A stretch of 44,521 nucleotides of DNA from Myxococcota bacterium (GTDB lineage Bacteria > Myxococcota_A > UBA796 > GCA-2862545), in NCBI GenBank assembly GCA_039208735.1, contig JBCCQY010000062.1, forward strand, positions 1 to 44,521, given 5' to 3'. Shown here in pieces: positions 1-10,846 of this stretch. The position numbers were made by a program, and so were the translations under genes. The notes beneath the pieces were generated by a model. It had not been told where the DNA came from. It saw only the letters and a list, made by a program, of their open reading frames with translations, and did no database searches. Within the stretch, counting starts at the first letter, position 1. Each line of letters begins with the position of its first letter.

Positions 1-2640
1 ACCGACCCGACCCTCGACGATACTGATGGCGACGGCATCTTGGACGACGACGAGGTCGCGTCGCAGGGCACCGACACCGAAACGGATCCGCTCAACGCCG
101 ATTCGGATGGCGACAACCTGTCGGACGGCGAAGAGCTGAACAATACGGGAACCAACCCGGCTCTTGCGGACACGGACGCCGATGGCCTGAACGACGACGT
201 GGAAGTCGCCGGTCCGACCGATCCGCTCGACTCCGATAGCGATGATGACGATCTGCTCGATGGGGCCGAAGTCACGCTGGGCACCGACCCGATGGTCGCC
301 GACACGGACGGCGATGGCCTGACGGACGGCGACGAGGTGAACGTCCACCAGACGCTGCCCCTCGACAACGACACCGACGACGACACCCTGTTGGATGGCG
401 AAGAACTCAACACCACCAACACGGACCCCACCCTCGCCGATACCGATGGTGACGGACTCGCCGACAACGTTGAAGTGGCGGGACCGACCGACGCGACGGT
501 CGCCGACACCGATGGCGATGGTCTAAGCGATGGCGTCGAGGTCAATGACGAAGGCACGAACCCCATCATTGCCGACACCGACGGTGACGGTCTAAGCGAT
601 GGGGCCGAAGTCAACGACGAGGGCACGGATCCTCTTGACGATGACTCCGACGACGACACCCTGTTGGACGGCGCCGAGGTCAACACCTACCAGACCGACC
701 CGAACGACGATGACTCCGATGACGATGGGCTGACCGACGATTTTGAGGTCAACTCTCCCCTCGAGCTCGACCCCAACAACGACGACACCGATGGCGACAC
801 GCTGCTCGATGGCGATGAGGTCAACAACATTGGCACGAGCCCGGTGCTCGCCGATACCGATGGCGACACCATCAACGACAACATCGAGCTGAACTCGGTG
901 CCGCCGACAAGCCCCGTGCTCGCGGACACCGATGGTGATGGTCTCAACGACGCAGCCGAAATCGCCGGGGCGACGGATCCCACGGACTCCGACACGGACG
1001 GTGACGGCCTTTCGGATGGCGACGAAGCGACCATGTTCGGGACGAGCCCGGTGGTTGCGGATACCGACGGGGACGGCCTTTCGGATGGGGCCGAAGTCAA
1101 CGGCAACCCGGCCACGAACCCGTTGGTGGTCGACACCGACGGGGACGGACTGAGCGACGGGGCCGAGGTCAACGGCAACCCGGCCACGAACCCCGCCGTC
1201 GCGGATACCGATGGGGACGGCCTTTCGGATGGGGCCGAGGTCAATGGGAATCCAGCGACCAACCCCACGCTCGCCGATAGCGATGGCGACGGCCTGGACG
1301 ACAACGTTGAGCTGAACACCACGATCACCGACCCGAACGTGGCCGACTCGGATGGTGACGGACTGTCCGACGGCGCCGAGGTCAACGGTACTCCGGCGAC
1401 CAATCCCAACCTCGTGGATACCGACGGCGATGGCCTGAACGACGATGTCGAGGTCGCGGGTCCCACCAACCCGGCGGTGGCCGATACCGACGGTGACGGC
1501 CTTTCGGATGGGGCCGAGGTCAACACGACGCTGACCAACCCCATTCTCGTCGACACGGATGGCGACGGCGTTGGAGACGGCGCCGAGCTGTCGAACGTTC
1601 CGGCGACCAATCCCTTGGTGGCCGACACCGACGGTGACAACCTCTCGGATGGCGCGGAACTCGCCGCGGGCACCAACCCCACCGAACTCGATACCGATAA
1701 TGACGGGTTGAACGACGACGTCGAGGTGAACGGGCCGACCGATCCGCTGGTCGCCGACACGGACGATGACGGCCTGTCGGACGGTGACGAAGTCATCATC
1801 CACCTGACGCTGCCCACCAACAGCGACACGGACGGCGACGGCCTGTCCGATGGGGACGAAGTCAATGGGGTCGACGGCACCGATCCGCTGCTCGCCGACA
1901 CCGATGGCGACAGCATCAACGACTTCGATGAGCTGAACGTCACCAACACCGATCCCACGCTCGCCGACACCGACAACGACGGACTCGACGATGATGTCGA
2001 GGTGGCCGGACCCACCAATCCCAACGTGGCCGACACCGACAACGACAATCTCAACGACGGCGATGAAGTCACCGAGGGGACGGACCCGCTCAACCCCGAC
2101 ACCGACGGCGACACGTTGCTCGACGGCGACGAAGTCAACCTCTACATGTCGGACCCAAACCTCACTGACACCGACGGCGACACGCTCGACGACAACGAAG
2201 AAGTGCTCGCCCTGGTTCCGCCGTTTCCCGATGATGGAATGGGCAACTCGCTGTTCGACGACACCGACCCCAACCTCGTCGACACCGATGGCGATGGCCT
2301 CGACGACGACGAAGAACTCGCACTGGTGCCGCCGACCGACCCCACGGTGGCCGATACTGATGGTGACGGGCTGTCCGATGGCGACGAGGTCAACAACCTC
2401 GCCACCAATCCAAACAACAGCGACACCGATGGTGATGGCCTCTCCGACGGCGATGAGGTCAACGTCACAGGGACGAACCCATCGCTTAGCGACACCGACG
2501 GGGATGGCCTGTCGGACGGCGACGAAGTCAACGTCCACAGTACAAGCCCGATCAACAACGACAGCGACGGCGACCTGGTCAGCGACGGTGACGAGGTCAA
2601 CCTCTACGGTTCGGATCCGCTCGACAGCACCGACGATGGC
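1..2640 (+). repeat. Tandem coding repeat, 37 units of mostly 22-24 aa, consensus T(D/N)PxxADTDGDGLSDGxEVNxxx (thrombospondin type 3-like Ca-binding)
   Basis: Counted in the translation. Three consecutive units around 1040-1260 are near-identical (DTDGDGLSDGAEVNGNPA). Confidence 0.92.
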
Positions 2641-5600
2641 ACCTTCGATCTCGAGTTGCAGCTCGAAGACCGTACGGGCCTTGTCACCATCGATGACACC
2701 ACCGGAGCGGCCGGGTCGACCCAGCTGACCCAGCCCCGCGACTCCATCAACCCCGAGACCGCCGGCAACGGCAAGGTTGATGTGCTCGACGGCAACGGCA
2801 ACGTGATTGGCGGCCTTTGGGCCAACTTCACGGGGGCTGGCTACCTCGACATGGGCCTCAACATCGACGATGCCTTCGAGTTCGATGTCAATGCGCCGAA
2901 CGCCGACACCTACACCATCACCTTCCGCTACGCGATTGCGCAGTCGTCGGGCACGAATACGCGTCCGATGGACATGACGGTGAACATGGGGGCGACGCCC
3001 ATCCTCCTCAACTTCGGGCCGACCCCGGATTGGGACCAGTGGGGTGAGCTTTCCGTCGACGTGATGTTGAACGCCGGTGTGAACACCATCCGGGTCGAAA
3101 ACAACATCACGACGGGCCCGAACCTCGACCGCGTGAACGTCAAGCGCGACCCGAACCGCATTACGCCAGTGGTTCAGCCGGGCCCTCGCAACGTCTTGGG
3201 CATCAACTTCCAGGATGGTGCGGCTTCGGTGGATCCGGACTTCGACGTCGACACGTTCGCGCCGTTCGGCTTGCGGACCAACGGTCGGTCGTACGGTTGG
3301 GTCACCGAGGCGTCCGCGACGGATGCTGACGGTACGACCAACAGCCCGATCACCGCGACCTATCCGGCCGTGGCGATTAACGAACGTACCGGAGCCCCGT
3401 TCGACTCCTACGATCCGCGCCTTACGGGCTACGCCCACTTCGACCTGCCGAGCTACCCGCAGACGGGTGACGACGGACGTGTGGCCTGGGAACTCGCCAC
3501 TCCGAATGGCTACTACGAAGTAACCGCGGCCGTCGGCGATACCGGCGGTCCAAACGATAGCGCCAACCGGCTCTTCGTCGAAGGTCAGCTCGCGACCGCA
3601 TGGCAGGCCACGACCGAGTTCAAGTCGCAGCTCGTCACTACCGTCGCCAATGTCCAGGATGGGTTCCTGACTCTGTCGGCGCAGGGCGGTACGATCACCG
3701 AGATCCAGTACCTTGAAGTGCGGGAGCTTCCCGATCTTACGCCGACCGACGGCAACCCCGCCCCCGATGACTACGCCGAGTTCACCACGCCCGAAGCGAT
3801 CGCCGGCGTGGGCTCCGGCACCACCATCGTCTCGTTGGCGGTGGGCGACGGTCTTCGCCCCGATGGTGTGGACCCGTCCTCTGACCTCATTTTGGGTGTC
3901 AACGTCGTGCCGGGCCGCGGCGGTGTGCTGCTCGCAAGCCTCACCGATGGCTCCATTCAGCTCTTCGAGACGTTGACGGGCATTGCCGTTCCCTTCACCG
4001 CGAACACCACCGGCGGGTTCGACGCGCTGACGATCAGCCCCGTCGGAAATCTAAGCGAGAACACGAGCTACACCCTTCTCATCGACGGCTTCCGGGACCG
4101 GGGTGACAACAACAACGCTCTGTTGCCGAGCCGCGAGTTCAAGCGGTTCTCCACCTCGTTCGTGACCGGAACGGCCGCCGTGATCCCCGCAACGCCGGTG
4201 GCCTTCAACGACACCCTCGAGCTGAACGGCGCGGTCGACAACGCCTTCGCGTTCACCTCGGTGGAGATGTCGCCGGCCGGTGACCAGCTCTACATCTCGA
4301 CCCTCAACGGTGAGATCAAGCGCTACGACCTGGATGCGACGACGGGCGCGCTCGACACCGCGTCCTTGCAGACGTTCACGCCGCAGGGCGACTTCGTGGT
4401 GGGCGCCAACCGGCGCGGCATCATCGGGCTCACCTTCGACCCGACCGACCCGAACACCCTGTGGATCACCGACAACTACCCCATTCCATTGTCGGGTCGT
4501 GACAACGGCGTTCCGGACTTCTCGGGCCGACTCTCCAAGGTCACGCTCGGGGCCGGCGGGTCGCTCACGAATGCGACGGTGGCGCCCTACGTTACCGGAT
4601 TCCCCCGGTCGAACGGTGACCACGTCACCAACTCGATCGAATTCCGCCTCAACCCCGCGTTCGGGACCCCCGGCGAGCCGCAGCACCTGCTGTACGTCAT
4701 CCAGGGTTCGAACACGGCGATGGGTGCACCTGACACTGCGTGGGGCCAGCGTCCCGAGCGCCTGCTGAACGCGGCCGTCCTCGAGATCGACCCGACGCTC
4801 ACGCCGCCGGCCAATGGCTTCGACATCGCGACCGAGCCGCTGCCCGCCGACGGTCAGAACCGTCGTTTCACCGACACCGACAACGACCTGAAGAACGGCG
4901 GCATCACGATTGATTCCGGACCGTTCAACGGCAACTTCCTGCACTTCGACGCGGATGGCGTGGCGACGGTCCGCTCGGGTTCGGCGGCGAACTCGACGCT
5001 GGTGCAGTCGTTCTACGACCCGTTTGCGGCCGGAGCGCCGGTGCGCATCTTCGCCCAGGGGCAGCGCAACGCCTACGACCTTGTCTGGCACAGCAATGGC
5101 TTCCTGTACGTCCCGACGAACGGCTCGGCCGCTGGCGGTAACGTGCCCGACAACCCCGCAACCGCGACCAACGAAGCGGTCAATGGGGTTGAGAAGCAGG
5201 ACGACTACTTGTTCCGCGTCGTGGCGGGAGACTACTACGGTCACCCCAATCCGCTGCGTGACCGGTTCATCCTCAACGGCGGCAACCCCACCGCAAACGT
5301 CGACCCCAATGAGGTCACGTCCTACGCCGTGGGAATTCTGCCGGAAGCGGACTACGACCTGACGGGGTCGTACTCGGTCAACGAGAACCGTTCGCCAAAC
5401 GGCGCCATCGAGTACACCAGCAACGCGTTCGGCAGCTCGCTTCAGGGTGCCGTGCTCTTCGTCGAGTACTCGGGCGGCAACGACGTTCGCGCGGTCACGC
5501 TCTTTGGTGACGGCACGGTCGATCAGGACTTTGTTCTCGGCCGCCCCGACGGCACGACCATCAACAACTACCCCGACCCGCTCGACGTCACGCAGGACGC

Positions 5601-8019
5601 TTCGGGTCGGCTGTACGTGGCGACCCTCAACCGTGGGAACGGCCAGAGCCAGCTGATTCGTTTTGACCCCGCTCCGGGCCAGACCCCCACGGATACGTCA
5701 GCCGACGAAGACGGCAACCTGGCCCTCACGGTGGTCGATGCGCTCACCCCCGCAGCGGTGGTGTTTGGCCTCAATGGTGTGGATGCCGACATCGTGTCTG
5801 TGTCCTCGAGTGTGGATAGCGGAGCGGCGCAGGCGGTCACGCTGGATGCCAACGATCAGTTCACCCTCGACCTGTCGTCGGTAACGGGCACCGCCACGGT
5901 CGACGTGACGGTCACCGATGACGACGCCAACACGGCCACGGTCACGGTGATGGTCACGCCGGGTACGAACCCCACGCCATCGGCGTTGTTCATCGATGCG
6001 GTGGCTTCCGAATGGGTCATCCTCGACACCGATGACGGCTCGATCAAGCGCATCATCAGCGACCCCACCACGCACGAAAGCACGACAGCCAATGATGCCA
6101 ATGGCGATGGCCTCAACGACAACTACGATGGCCAGGGCTACATCGACGTCAACGGAGGCGCCGAGCCCAAGGCCACGGTCGACATCAACGTCGCGACGGC
6201 TGGCCAGTACGACATCGCGTTCCGCCTCGCAAACGGCAGCAACAACAATCGCCCCATGACGTTCACGCTCGGCTCACAGACGCAGACGATTGCGGACACC
6301 AAGTCGGGCGATTTTACGACCTGGCAGGACTTCACGATTCCGCTCGACCTCACCGCAGGCAGCAACGTCGTGACGATCACCCAGGACACCGGGGCGGGTG
6401 GTCCGAACTTCGATAGCCTCACCGCGACCTTCGTGGCTCCGTCGTCTTCGGCGCCCAACAGCGGCACTCAGATGGTGAACGGCATCCAGAACACGTTCTG
6501 GGAAGAGGATCTCGCTACCCTGTCGGGCGGTGCGATCGTCGGTACGGCGGCGCGCAACCAGAGCGGAACGGGGTACATCGACTTTGTCGACACCCCGAAC
6601 GTGGTCGACCCCGACCAGACGGTCGAGTGGACCGTATCGGTGCCAACCGCAGGAACCTACAACGCGGCCATCATCTACGCGCTTGCCGTCTCAAAGGGTG
6701 CGCGTCCCATGGCCCTCGAGGTCAATGGGGTGGGTCAAGGCACACTGCCGTTCGTCGGTCAGAGCAACGCCAATGAAGACGATTGGTTCCCCGAGACGTT
6801 CCAGGTCGCGTTGAACGCGGGCATCAACACCATCGCGGTGACCGCGCCGGGTGGCGCCGGTCCCAATGTGGACTTCCTGCGGATCGAAGACACGCCGGTG
6901 CCGCAGTTCCCCACGAACCCGGACGCGGACATCGAGATCGAAAGCCTCGATCCCGGTTTCTACAGCAACCGCCTGCACTTCAGCTTCCTGGTCAACAACA
7001 GCGCATCGGCCAACAATCGGTCGTTCAAGGACACCGCCACGGTGCGCATCTCGAACTCGGGAACCGTTAACCTGGACTTCTTCGATGCGACGATCGCGGG
7101 CTTCTTCACGCTGCAGAACCCGACGGCCTTCCAGAACCTGACCCTGGCTCCCGGCGCGAGCCTCGATGTGGTTGTGGTCTTCGACGGCAACGCGGTCCCC
7201 CCGCGGAGCAACAACCAAAACGGCGTGGTCAACGGAACGCTCACGCTCACCACGAACGACGCCGAAGACCAGCTCTCGGTCATCGACCTCTCGGGCTTTT
7301 GGCAGGCACGCGACGAGGGGGGCCAGGAGCCCAACCTCAACGAAGTCTGGGAAGTCATGGGCTTCAGCACCCGCGTGGTCGGACTTCCCTTCGGAGGAGG
7401 AGGCGGAAACTCGATCCTCGACTTCTGGGATGTCTACCTACCCTACGACCTGAATGATCCCACCGAAGTACTCGAGCCGGTCTGGCAGATCGCGCCCGGC
7501 GTGACCCAGGCCCGCATGACCCAGATCGCAGCCTTCCATGGCCCTGGCGGGTCGAACATGGGCATTCACGAGCCCGGCGACAAGGGCGACGACGATCGCT
7601 TCTGGAACCACGACGGCAGCCACAATCAGCGCATCATGCCGCTCCAGGGCAACGGTGACTTCTGCACTGAACTCTTCGACAATGCCCAGATCCCCGACGC
7701 GTGGACCGGTCCCGACACCTTCAGCTTTGAAGTGAGCGGGCTTTCGACCAACCCGACCCTCAATCCGACCGGCGCGGGTGCGCCTTCGCAGGCGGATCTG
7801 AACAACCGGTACCCCGGCTACACCGTCACCAACGGCAACGTCTCCGACCCGCAAGGGAACGCGGTGCCAGACGGCTACACGGTGCGGATGTTCCAAGCGA
7901 AGGATCCTGCCGGAAACCCGATTCCCAACACCTACTTGGGCGTAATGGACTTCACCGGCATCAACTACGACTACAACGACAACATGTTCCTCGTTACCGG
8001 CGTCACCCCGGCCCCCTAA
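1..8019 (+). CDS. Giant secreted/surface protein (5'-truncated, >2670 aa): Ca-binding DxDxDG repeat stalk, several CBM6/CBM35-like modules, Ig-like domains and a GSDH-like beta-propeller
   Basis: Frame is open from base 1 (TDPTLDDTDGDGILDDDE), so the TTG at 40 is not the true start. 37 acidic repeats are followed by three modules with GxGY(L/I)D...GPN(L/F/V)D, a Big_5-like LSENTSYTLLIDG segment, a propeller motif RNAYDLVWHSNGFLYVPTNG and C-terminal YDYNDNMFLV. Confidence 0.85.
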   Translation, partial: TDPTLDDTDGDGILDDDEVASQGTDTETDPLNADSDGDNLSDGEELNNTGTNPALADTDADGLNDDVEVAGPTDPLDSDSDDDDLLDGAEVTLGTDPMVADTDGDGLTDGDEVNVHQTLPLDNDTDDDTLLDGEELNTTNTDPTLADTDGDGLADNVEVAGPTDATVADTDGDGLSDGVEVNDEGTNPIIADTDGDGLSDGAEVNDEGTDPLDDDSDDDTLLDGAEVNTYQTDPNDDDSDDDGLTDDFEVNSPLELDPNNDDTDGDTLLDGDEVNNIGTSPVLADTDGDTINDNIELNSVPPTSPVLADTDGDGLNDAAEIAGATDPTDSDTDGDGLSDGDEATMFGTSPVVADTDGDGLSDGAEVNGNPATNPLVVDTDGDGLSDGAEVNGNPATNPAVADTDGDGLSDGAEVNGNPATNPTLADSDGDGLDDNVELNTTITDPNVADSDGDGLSDGAEVNGTPATNPNLVDTDGDGLNDDVEVAGPTNPAVADTDGDGLSDGAEVNTTLTNPILVDTDGDGVGDGAELSNVPATNPLVADTDGDNLSDGAELAAGTNPTELDTDNDGLNDDVEVNGPTDPLVADTDDDGLSDGDEVIIHLTLPTNSDTDGDGLSDGDEVNGVDGTDPLLADTDGDSINDFDELNVTNTDPTLADTDNDGLDDDVEVAGPTNPNVADTDNDNLNDGDEVTEGTDPLNPDTDGDTLLDGDEVNLYMSDPNLTDTDGDTLDDNEEVLALVPPFPDDGMGNSLFDDTDPNLVDTDGDGLDDDEELALVPPTDPTVADTDGDGLSDGDEVNNLATNPNNSDTDGDGLSDGDEVNVTGTNPSLSDTDGDGLSDGDEVNVHSTSPINNDSDGDLVSDGDEVNLYGSDPLDSTDDGTFDLELQLEDRTGLVTIDDTTGAAGSTQLTQPRDSINPETAGNGKVDVLDGNGNVIGGLWANFTGAGYLDMGLNIDDAFEFDVNAPNADTYTITFRYAIAQSSGTNTRPMDMTVNMGATPILLNFGPTPDWDQWGELSVDVMLNAGVNTIRVENNITTGPNLDRVNVKRDPNRITPVVQPGPRNVLGINFQDGAASVDPDFDVDTFAPFGLRTNGRSYGWVTEASATDADGTTNSPITATYPAVAINERTGAPFDSYDPRLTGYAHFDLPSYPQTGDDGRVAWELATPNGYYEVTAAVGDTGGPNDSANRLFVEGQLATAWQATTEFKSQLVTTVANVQDGFLTLSAQGGTITEIQYLEVRELPDLTPTDGNPAPDDYAEFTTPEAIAGVGSGTTIVSLAVGDGLRPDGVDPSSDLILGVNVVPGRGGVLLASLTDGSIQLFETLTGIAVPFTANTTGGFDALTISPVGNLSENTSYTLLIDGFRDRGDNNNALLPSREFKRFSTSFVTGTAAVIPATPVAFNDTLELNGAVDNAFAFTSVEMSPAGDQLYISTLNGEIKRYDLDATTGALDTASLQTFTPQGDFVVGANRRGIIGLTFDPTDPNTLWITDNYPIPLSGRDNGVPDFSGRLSKVTLGAGGSLTNATVAPYVTGFPRSNGDHVTNSIEFRLNPAFGTPGEPQHLLYVIQGSNTAMGAPDTAWGQRPERLLNAAVLEIDPTLTPPANGFDIATEPLPADGQNRRFTDTDNDLKNGGITIDSGPFNGNFLHFDADGVATVRSGSAANSTLVQSFYDPFAAGAPVRIFAQGQRNAYDLVWHSNGFLYVPTNGSAAGGNVPDNPATATNEAVNGVEKQDDYLFRVVAGDYYGHPNPLRDRFILNGGNPTANVDPNEVTSYAVGILPEADYDLTGSYSVNENRSPNGAIEYTSNAFGSSLQGAVLFVEYSGGNDVRAVTLFGDGTVDQDFVLGRPDGTTINNYPDPLDVTQDASGRLYVATLNRGNGQSQLIRFDPAPGQTPTDTSADEDGNLALTVVDALTPAAVVFGLNGVDADIVSVSSSVDSGAAQAVTLDANDQFTLDLSSVTGTATVDVTVTDDDANTATVTVMVTPGTNPTPSALFIDAVASEWVILDTDDGSIKRIISDPTTHESTTANDANGDGLNDNYDGQGYIDVNGGAEPKATVDINVATAGQYDIAFRLANGSNNNRPMTFTLGSQTQTIADTKSGDFTTWQDFTIPLDLTAGSNVVTITQDTGAGGPNFDSLTATFVAPSSSAPNSGTQMVNGIQNTFWEEDLATLSGGAIVGTAARNQSGTGYIDFVDTPNVVDPDQTVEWTVSVPTAGTYNAAIIYALAVSKGARPMALEVNGVGQGTLPFVGQSNANEDDWFPETFQVALNAGINTIAVTAPGGAGPNVDFLRIEDTPVPQFPTNPDADIEIESLDPGFYSNRLHFSFLVNNSASANNRSFKDTATVRISNSGTVNLDFFDATIAGFFTLQNPTAFQNLTLAPGASLDVVVVFDGNAVPPRSNNQNGVVNGTLTLTTNDAEDQLSVIDLSGFWQARDEGGQEPNLNEVWEVMGFSTRVVGLPFGGGGGNSILDFWDVYLPYDLNDPTEVLEPVWQIAPGVTQARMTQIAAFHGPGGSNMGIHEPGDKGDDDRFWNHDGSHNQRIMPLQGNGDFCTELFDNAQIPDAWTGPDTFSFEVSGLSTNPTLNPTGAGAPSQADLNNRYPGYTVTNGNVSDPQGNAVPDGYTVRMFQAKDPAGNPIPNTYLGVMDFTGINYDYNDNMFLVTGVTPAP

Positions 8020-8046
8020 GGGACGGGACAGGCTGGAGGCTTCCCC

Positions 8047-8466
8047 ATGCGCAACCTCGTGATTGGATTGATCGGACTTGTGGCCCTCGTGGGCATTGGT
8101 CTGGCCGTATGGGGAGGCTCGAGTTCGACCTCGACCGACGCGGACTCCGAGTTGGTTCGGCTCGAGGCACCGCCCGAAGACTTCCCTCTTGCGCCGCTGC
8201 CCGCGGCCGAGGGGACATTCCTCACCGCGAGTTCGCGAGAGGTCTCGGGCATCAAGACGGTCACCGTGCAGTACGCGCTGGCCGAAGGGGTCGATGAGGA
8301 TGGGTTGCTCGAGCGCTATGCGAACCTCATGGCCTCGGAACGCGGCACGCCCGTGCGCAACGGGCTTCAGGTTCGTGCGGCCCGCGACGGGGGGCTCATG
8401 ACGGCCCAAATCGTTGAGGGCAAGCCCGGCCGGGTGCTCACCTTGGTCGCGGTCAAGACCCCCTAA
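8047..8466 (+). CDS. Hypothetical membrane-anchored/secreted protein (139 aa)
   Basis: ATG with upstream GGAGG; hydrophobic N-terminal segment LVIGLIGLVALVGIGLAVW. Confidence 0.7.
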   Translation: MRNLVIGLIGLVALVGIGLAVWGGSSSTSTDADSELVRLEAPPEDFPLAPLPAAEGTFLTASSREVSGIKTVTVQYALAEGVDEDGLLERYANLMASERGTPVRNGLQVRAARDGGLMTAQIVEGKPGRVLTLVAVKTP

Positions 8467-8526
8467 CGAGCACGTTCCGGAGCCTCAGCAGCGACGTGAG
8501 GCCAGGCCGTCGATTACGGTCGAGCC

Positions 8527-9402
8527 ATGGTACTCACCTTGCTCTTGGGGCTCGCGGCGGCGGGCGAACTCAATTTGTCCATGTCGGCCGACGACTTTGT
8601 GCTTACAGCCGACACCGAACGCGGCGTGAAGCGCGTCATGGGCCGCATGTTTGCCGCCTACGACGGCGAACTTGGGTTGACGTACCCCAATCGCACCGCC
8701 ATGCGCGTTCGTCTGATCGAGAATCGTGCGGCTTACGATGCAGCCGCAAGGGGCATTGGGGTCACTCAGCCAACGCTTGGCTTCTTCTCGACCCGCACGG
8801 GTGAAGGGGTGGTCTGGCGCAACACGAGTGAGTCCGAGATGCGGGCGACCCTCGTCCATGAGGCGAGCCACTTCCTCATGGCCCGTGGGGGAGCCATTTA
8901 TGCGCCCCGGTGGCTCCATGAGGGCATGGCCACCCTGTTCGGTCACGCGCGACTAGCGGGCAACGCGGTCTACCTCGATCCGCCAGCGGGGATTGGGCGG
9001 GTCCTGCAAGGCATGAACGATGCGATCCCCGAGGTGGAGGTGCTTTTAGGCAATCCCCGGGCCTGGGCGCAGATCCCGGCGACGGCATCCCACGGCCCGG
9101 CTGACTACTCGGTCGGATGGGCAATCTGCGCCTTCTTAATGCGCAATGATCGCGGAAAGGCAGTTCTTGCGGAATTGCTGAAGACGCGACCAGGCCCCGC
9201 CATGGTAGCGGTGGTTGCCAAACGGTGGCCTGGCGGGTTGCGCGCTTTCGATCAGGCGTGGCGACGATGGTGGGCGAATCCCCAGTCCATCCAGTTGCCC
9301 ATCCGCGCCGCAACGAAGCCCGTCGATGGGGGCTGGATTCGCTGCGACAATGGCACCCTCATTCGCGCAGACAGCGGAATGGAGTGCCCTAAGCGTCTCT
9401 GA
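8527..9402 (+). CDS. Secreted gluzincin-type metallopeptidase-like protein (DUF1570/peptidase MA-like)
   Basis: Signal peptide; HEASH motif followed by PRWLHEGMA (third zinc ligand Glu). Confidence 0.75.
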   Translation: MVLTLLLGLAAAGELNLSMSADDFVLTADTERGVKRVMGRMFAAYDGELGLTYPNRTAMRVRLIENRAAYDAAARGIGVTQPTLGFFSTRTGEGVVWRNTSESEMRATLVHEASHFLMARGGAIYAPRWLHEGMATLFGHARLAGNAVYLDPPAGIGRVLQGMNDAIPEVEVLLGNPRAWAQIPATASHGPADYSVGWAICAFLMRNDRGKAVLAELLKTRPGPAMVAVVAKRWPGGLRAFDQAWRRWWANPQSIQLPIRAATKPVDGGWIRCDNGTLIRADSGMECPKRL

Positions 9403-9406
9403 ATCC

Positions 9407-10846
9407 TCACCCGTCGCGGTCGATGCCGGCGAACGGGTTGAACTTCAAGGTTTCCTGACCGTCACCAAGGGCGGACGGGTCCATGGCCGGGGGATTGCGG
9501 ATGCGATCGAGGGCCCCCTTGAAGGACGTCCAGATTGCGTCGGCGGACTCTCGAGGCACGTGCCCGGTCTGCCGCCAGCGACGTTGCAGGTCCCGAATCA
9601 CCGCGTCGGGATCTTCCACCCCTTCGTCGGCCAGCCGGTTGGCTTGTTCGATCAGGTCCTGCCGTGCGCGTAAACTTTCGGCGTGCATGGCCTCGCGTTT
9701 GGCACGGCGCCCCTCGAACACCGCATCAGCGGCGGTCCGAAAGCGCGTCCACACTGCGTCTCCCTTCTCGCCACGAACGCCCCCCACCTCCTTCCACTGG
9801 GCCTGGAGTCGCTTAATCGCCTCGGCGGCCTTTTCCGGGTCGTCCGATCGGGAAAGAGCTTCGGCCGAGTCGGCGAATGCCTCAAGGCGGACCAGCCGGG
9901 CGGCCTGTTCCTCGTCGCGACGCGCGAACACCGCATCCATCACCGTGCGAAAACGGGTGGTCTGGGCTTTCGCGACGTCTCGGGCCACGCGCGGCGCGTC
10001 CCGCCACTGCTTTTGAAGGGCCTTGGCCTGGCTGATGGCCGCGCGGAGGTCCGGCAAGCCAACGAGTCCCTCGGCGTTCTCGATGAGCGCTTCCCGCATC
10101 GCGATGTGCTTCTTTTCTTCTTCGACCTTGGGGTCCACCATTGCGTCGATCCGAGCCGTCACCTTCGCGAGATGCTCGCCGTAGGCCGCTTCGAGTCGGT
10201 CGCGGTCGGATGGAGGAATGGGCTTGAGCGCTCGCCACTCGCGAACCAGCCGACTTCGGGCGGCGACCAGCTTGTCGCGGGGGGCTTCTGCATCTGCGAT
10301 CGATTCGTCGAGCTCGGTGAGCAAGGCTTCGAGCTTGGGCACCACGATCCAGGCCAGGGTGGCCTGGTCTCGCTGTTTCGGCGATGGCCGGTTCGGGCCA
10401 TCGTTGGCCGCCACCGGAGCCGGAGCGGGTGCCGGTTTGGGGGCCGGAGCCGGTCGGGGGGCTGGGGCCTCGGCTTCTTCGGGTTCAGGCTCCCGTTTGG
10501 GCTTGGGGCTCTCCGCAGCTTCCGCGGGCAACAAGCTTCGAGGGGCCGCAGGTTCAGGTTTGGGGGAGGGCTTGGGGATCGTGGGACCCTTCACCTCGAC
10601 CGGATCCTCTTTGAACCACCCCGGCGGCTGCTTTCGCTGGCGCCGTTTCTGCTTCTTCTTCTTTCGCTTCTTCGGTTTGTCCTCTACGGCAGCATCGTTC
10701 GCCTTTGCGACCTTCGGGGCCGAGGAGGACGCTTCGGCGGCTTCCGTCGTGGCGGGCGCCTCTGCCGTCTCCTCTGTTGCTTCACTCGCGGACGGCGCGG
10801 GTTCGGGCTTTCGCATCCCGAGCGCACCGCGAATCCAGTCCCACAT
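9407..10846 (-). CDS. DUF349 domain-containing protein with long Pro/Ala/Lys-rich N-terminal region
   Basis: Repeated helical units LQxxW+xxGxV...WxxF+xAxDxVF typical of DUF349. Start is ATG 10846 or TTG 10852. Confidence 0.8.
   Translation of the reverse strand: MWDWIRGALGMRKPEPAPSASEATEETAEAPATTEAAEASSSAPKVAKANDAAVEDKPKKRKKKKQKRRQRKQPPGWFKEDPVEVKGPTIPKPSPKPEPAAPRSLLPAEAAESPKPKREPEPEEAEAPAPRPAPAPKPAPAPAPVAANDGPNRPSPKQRDQATLAWIVVPKLEALLTELDESIADAEAPRDKLVAARSRLVREWRALKPIPPSDRDRLEAAYGEHLAKVTARIDAMVDPKVEEEKKHIAMREALIENAEGLVGLPDLRAAISQAKALQKQWRDAPRVARDVAKAQTTRFRTVMDAVFARRDEEQAARLVRLEAFADSAEALSRSDDPEKAAEAIKRLQAQWKEVGGVRGEKGDAVWTRFRTAADAVFEGRRAKREAMHAESLRARQDLIEQANRLADEGVEDPDAVIRDLQRRWRQTGHVPRESADAIWTSFKGALDRIRNPPAMDPSALGDGQETLKFNPFAGIDRDG

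Noticed and set aside
1..2640. Repeat array as a CRISPR or non-coding repeat
   Set aside because: Units are in-frame, vary mainly at synonymous positions, have no repeat-spacer structure, and no cas genes are present.
592..3438. Long antisense and alternate-frame ORFs (e.g. 592..3438, 9683..11056, 16587..18398, 19726..21255, 34507..35880, 36171..37727)
   Set aside because: Shadows of well-supported genes on the opposite strand, expected at high GC, with no recognisable motifs.
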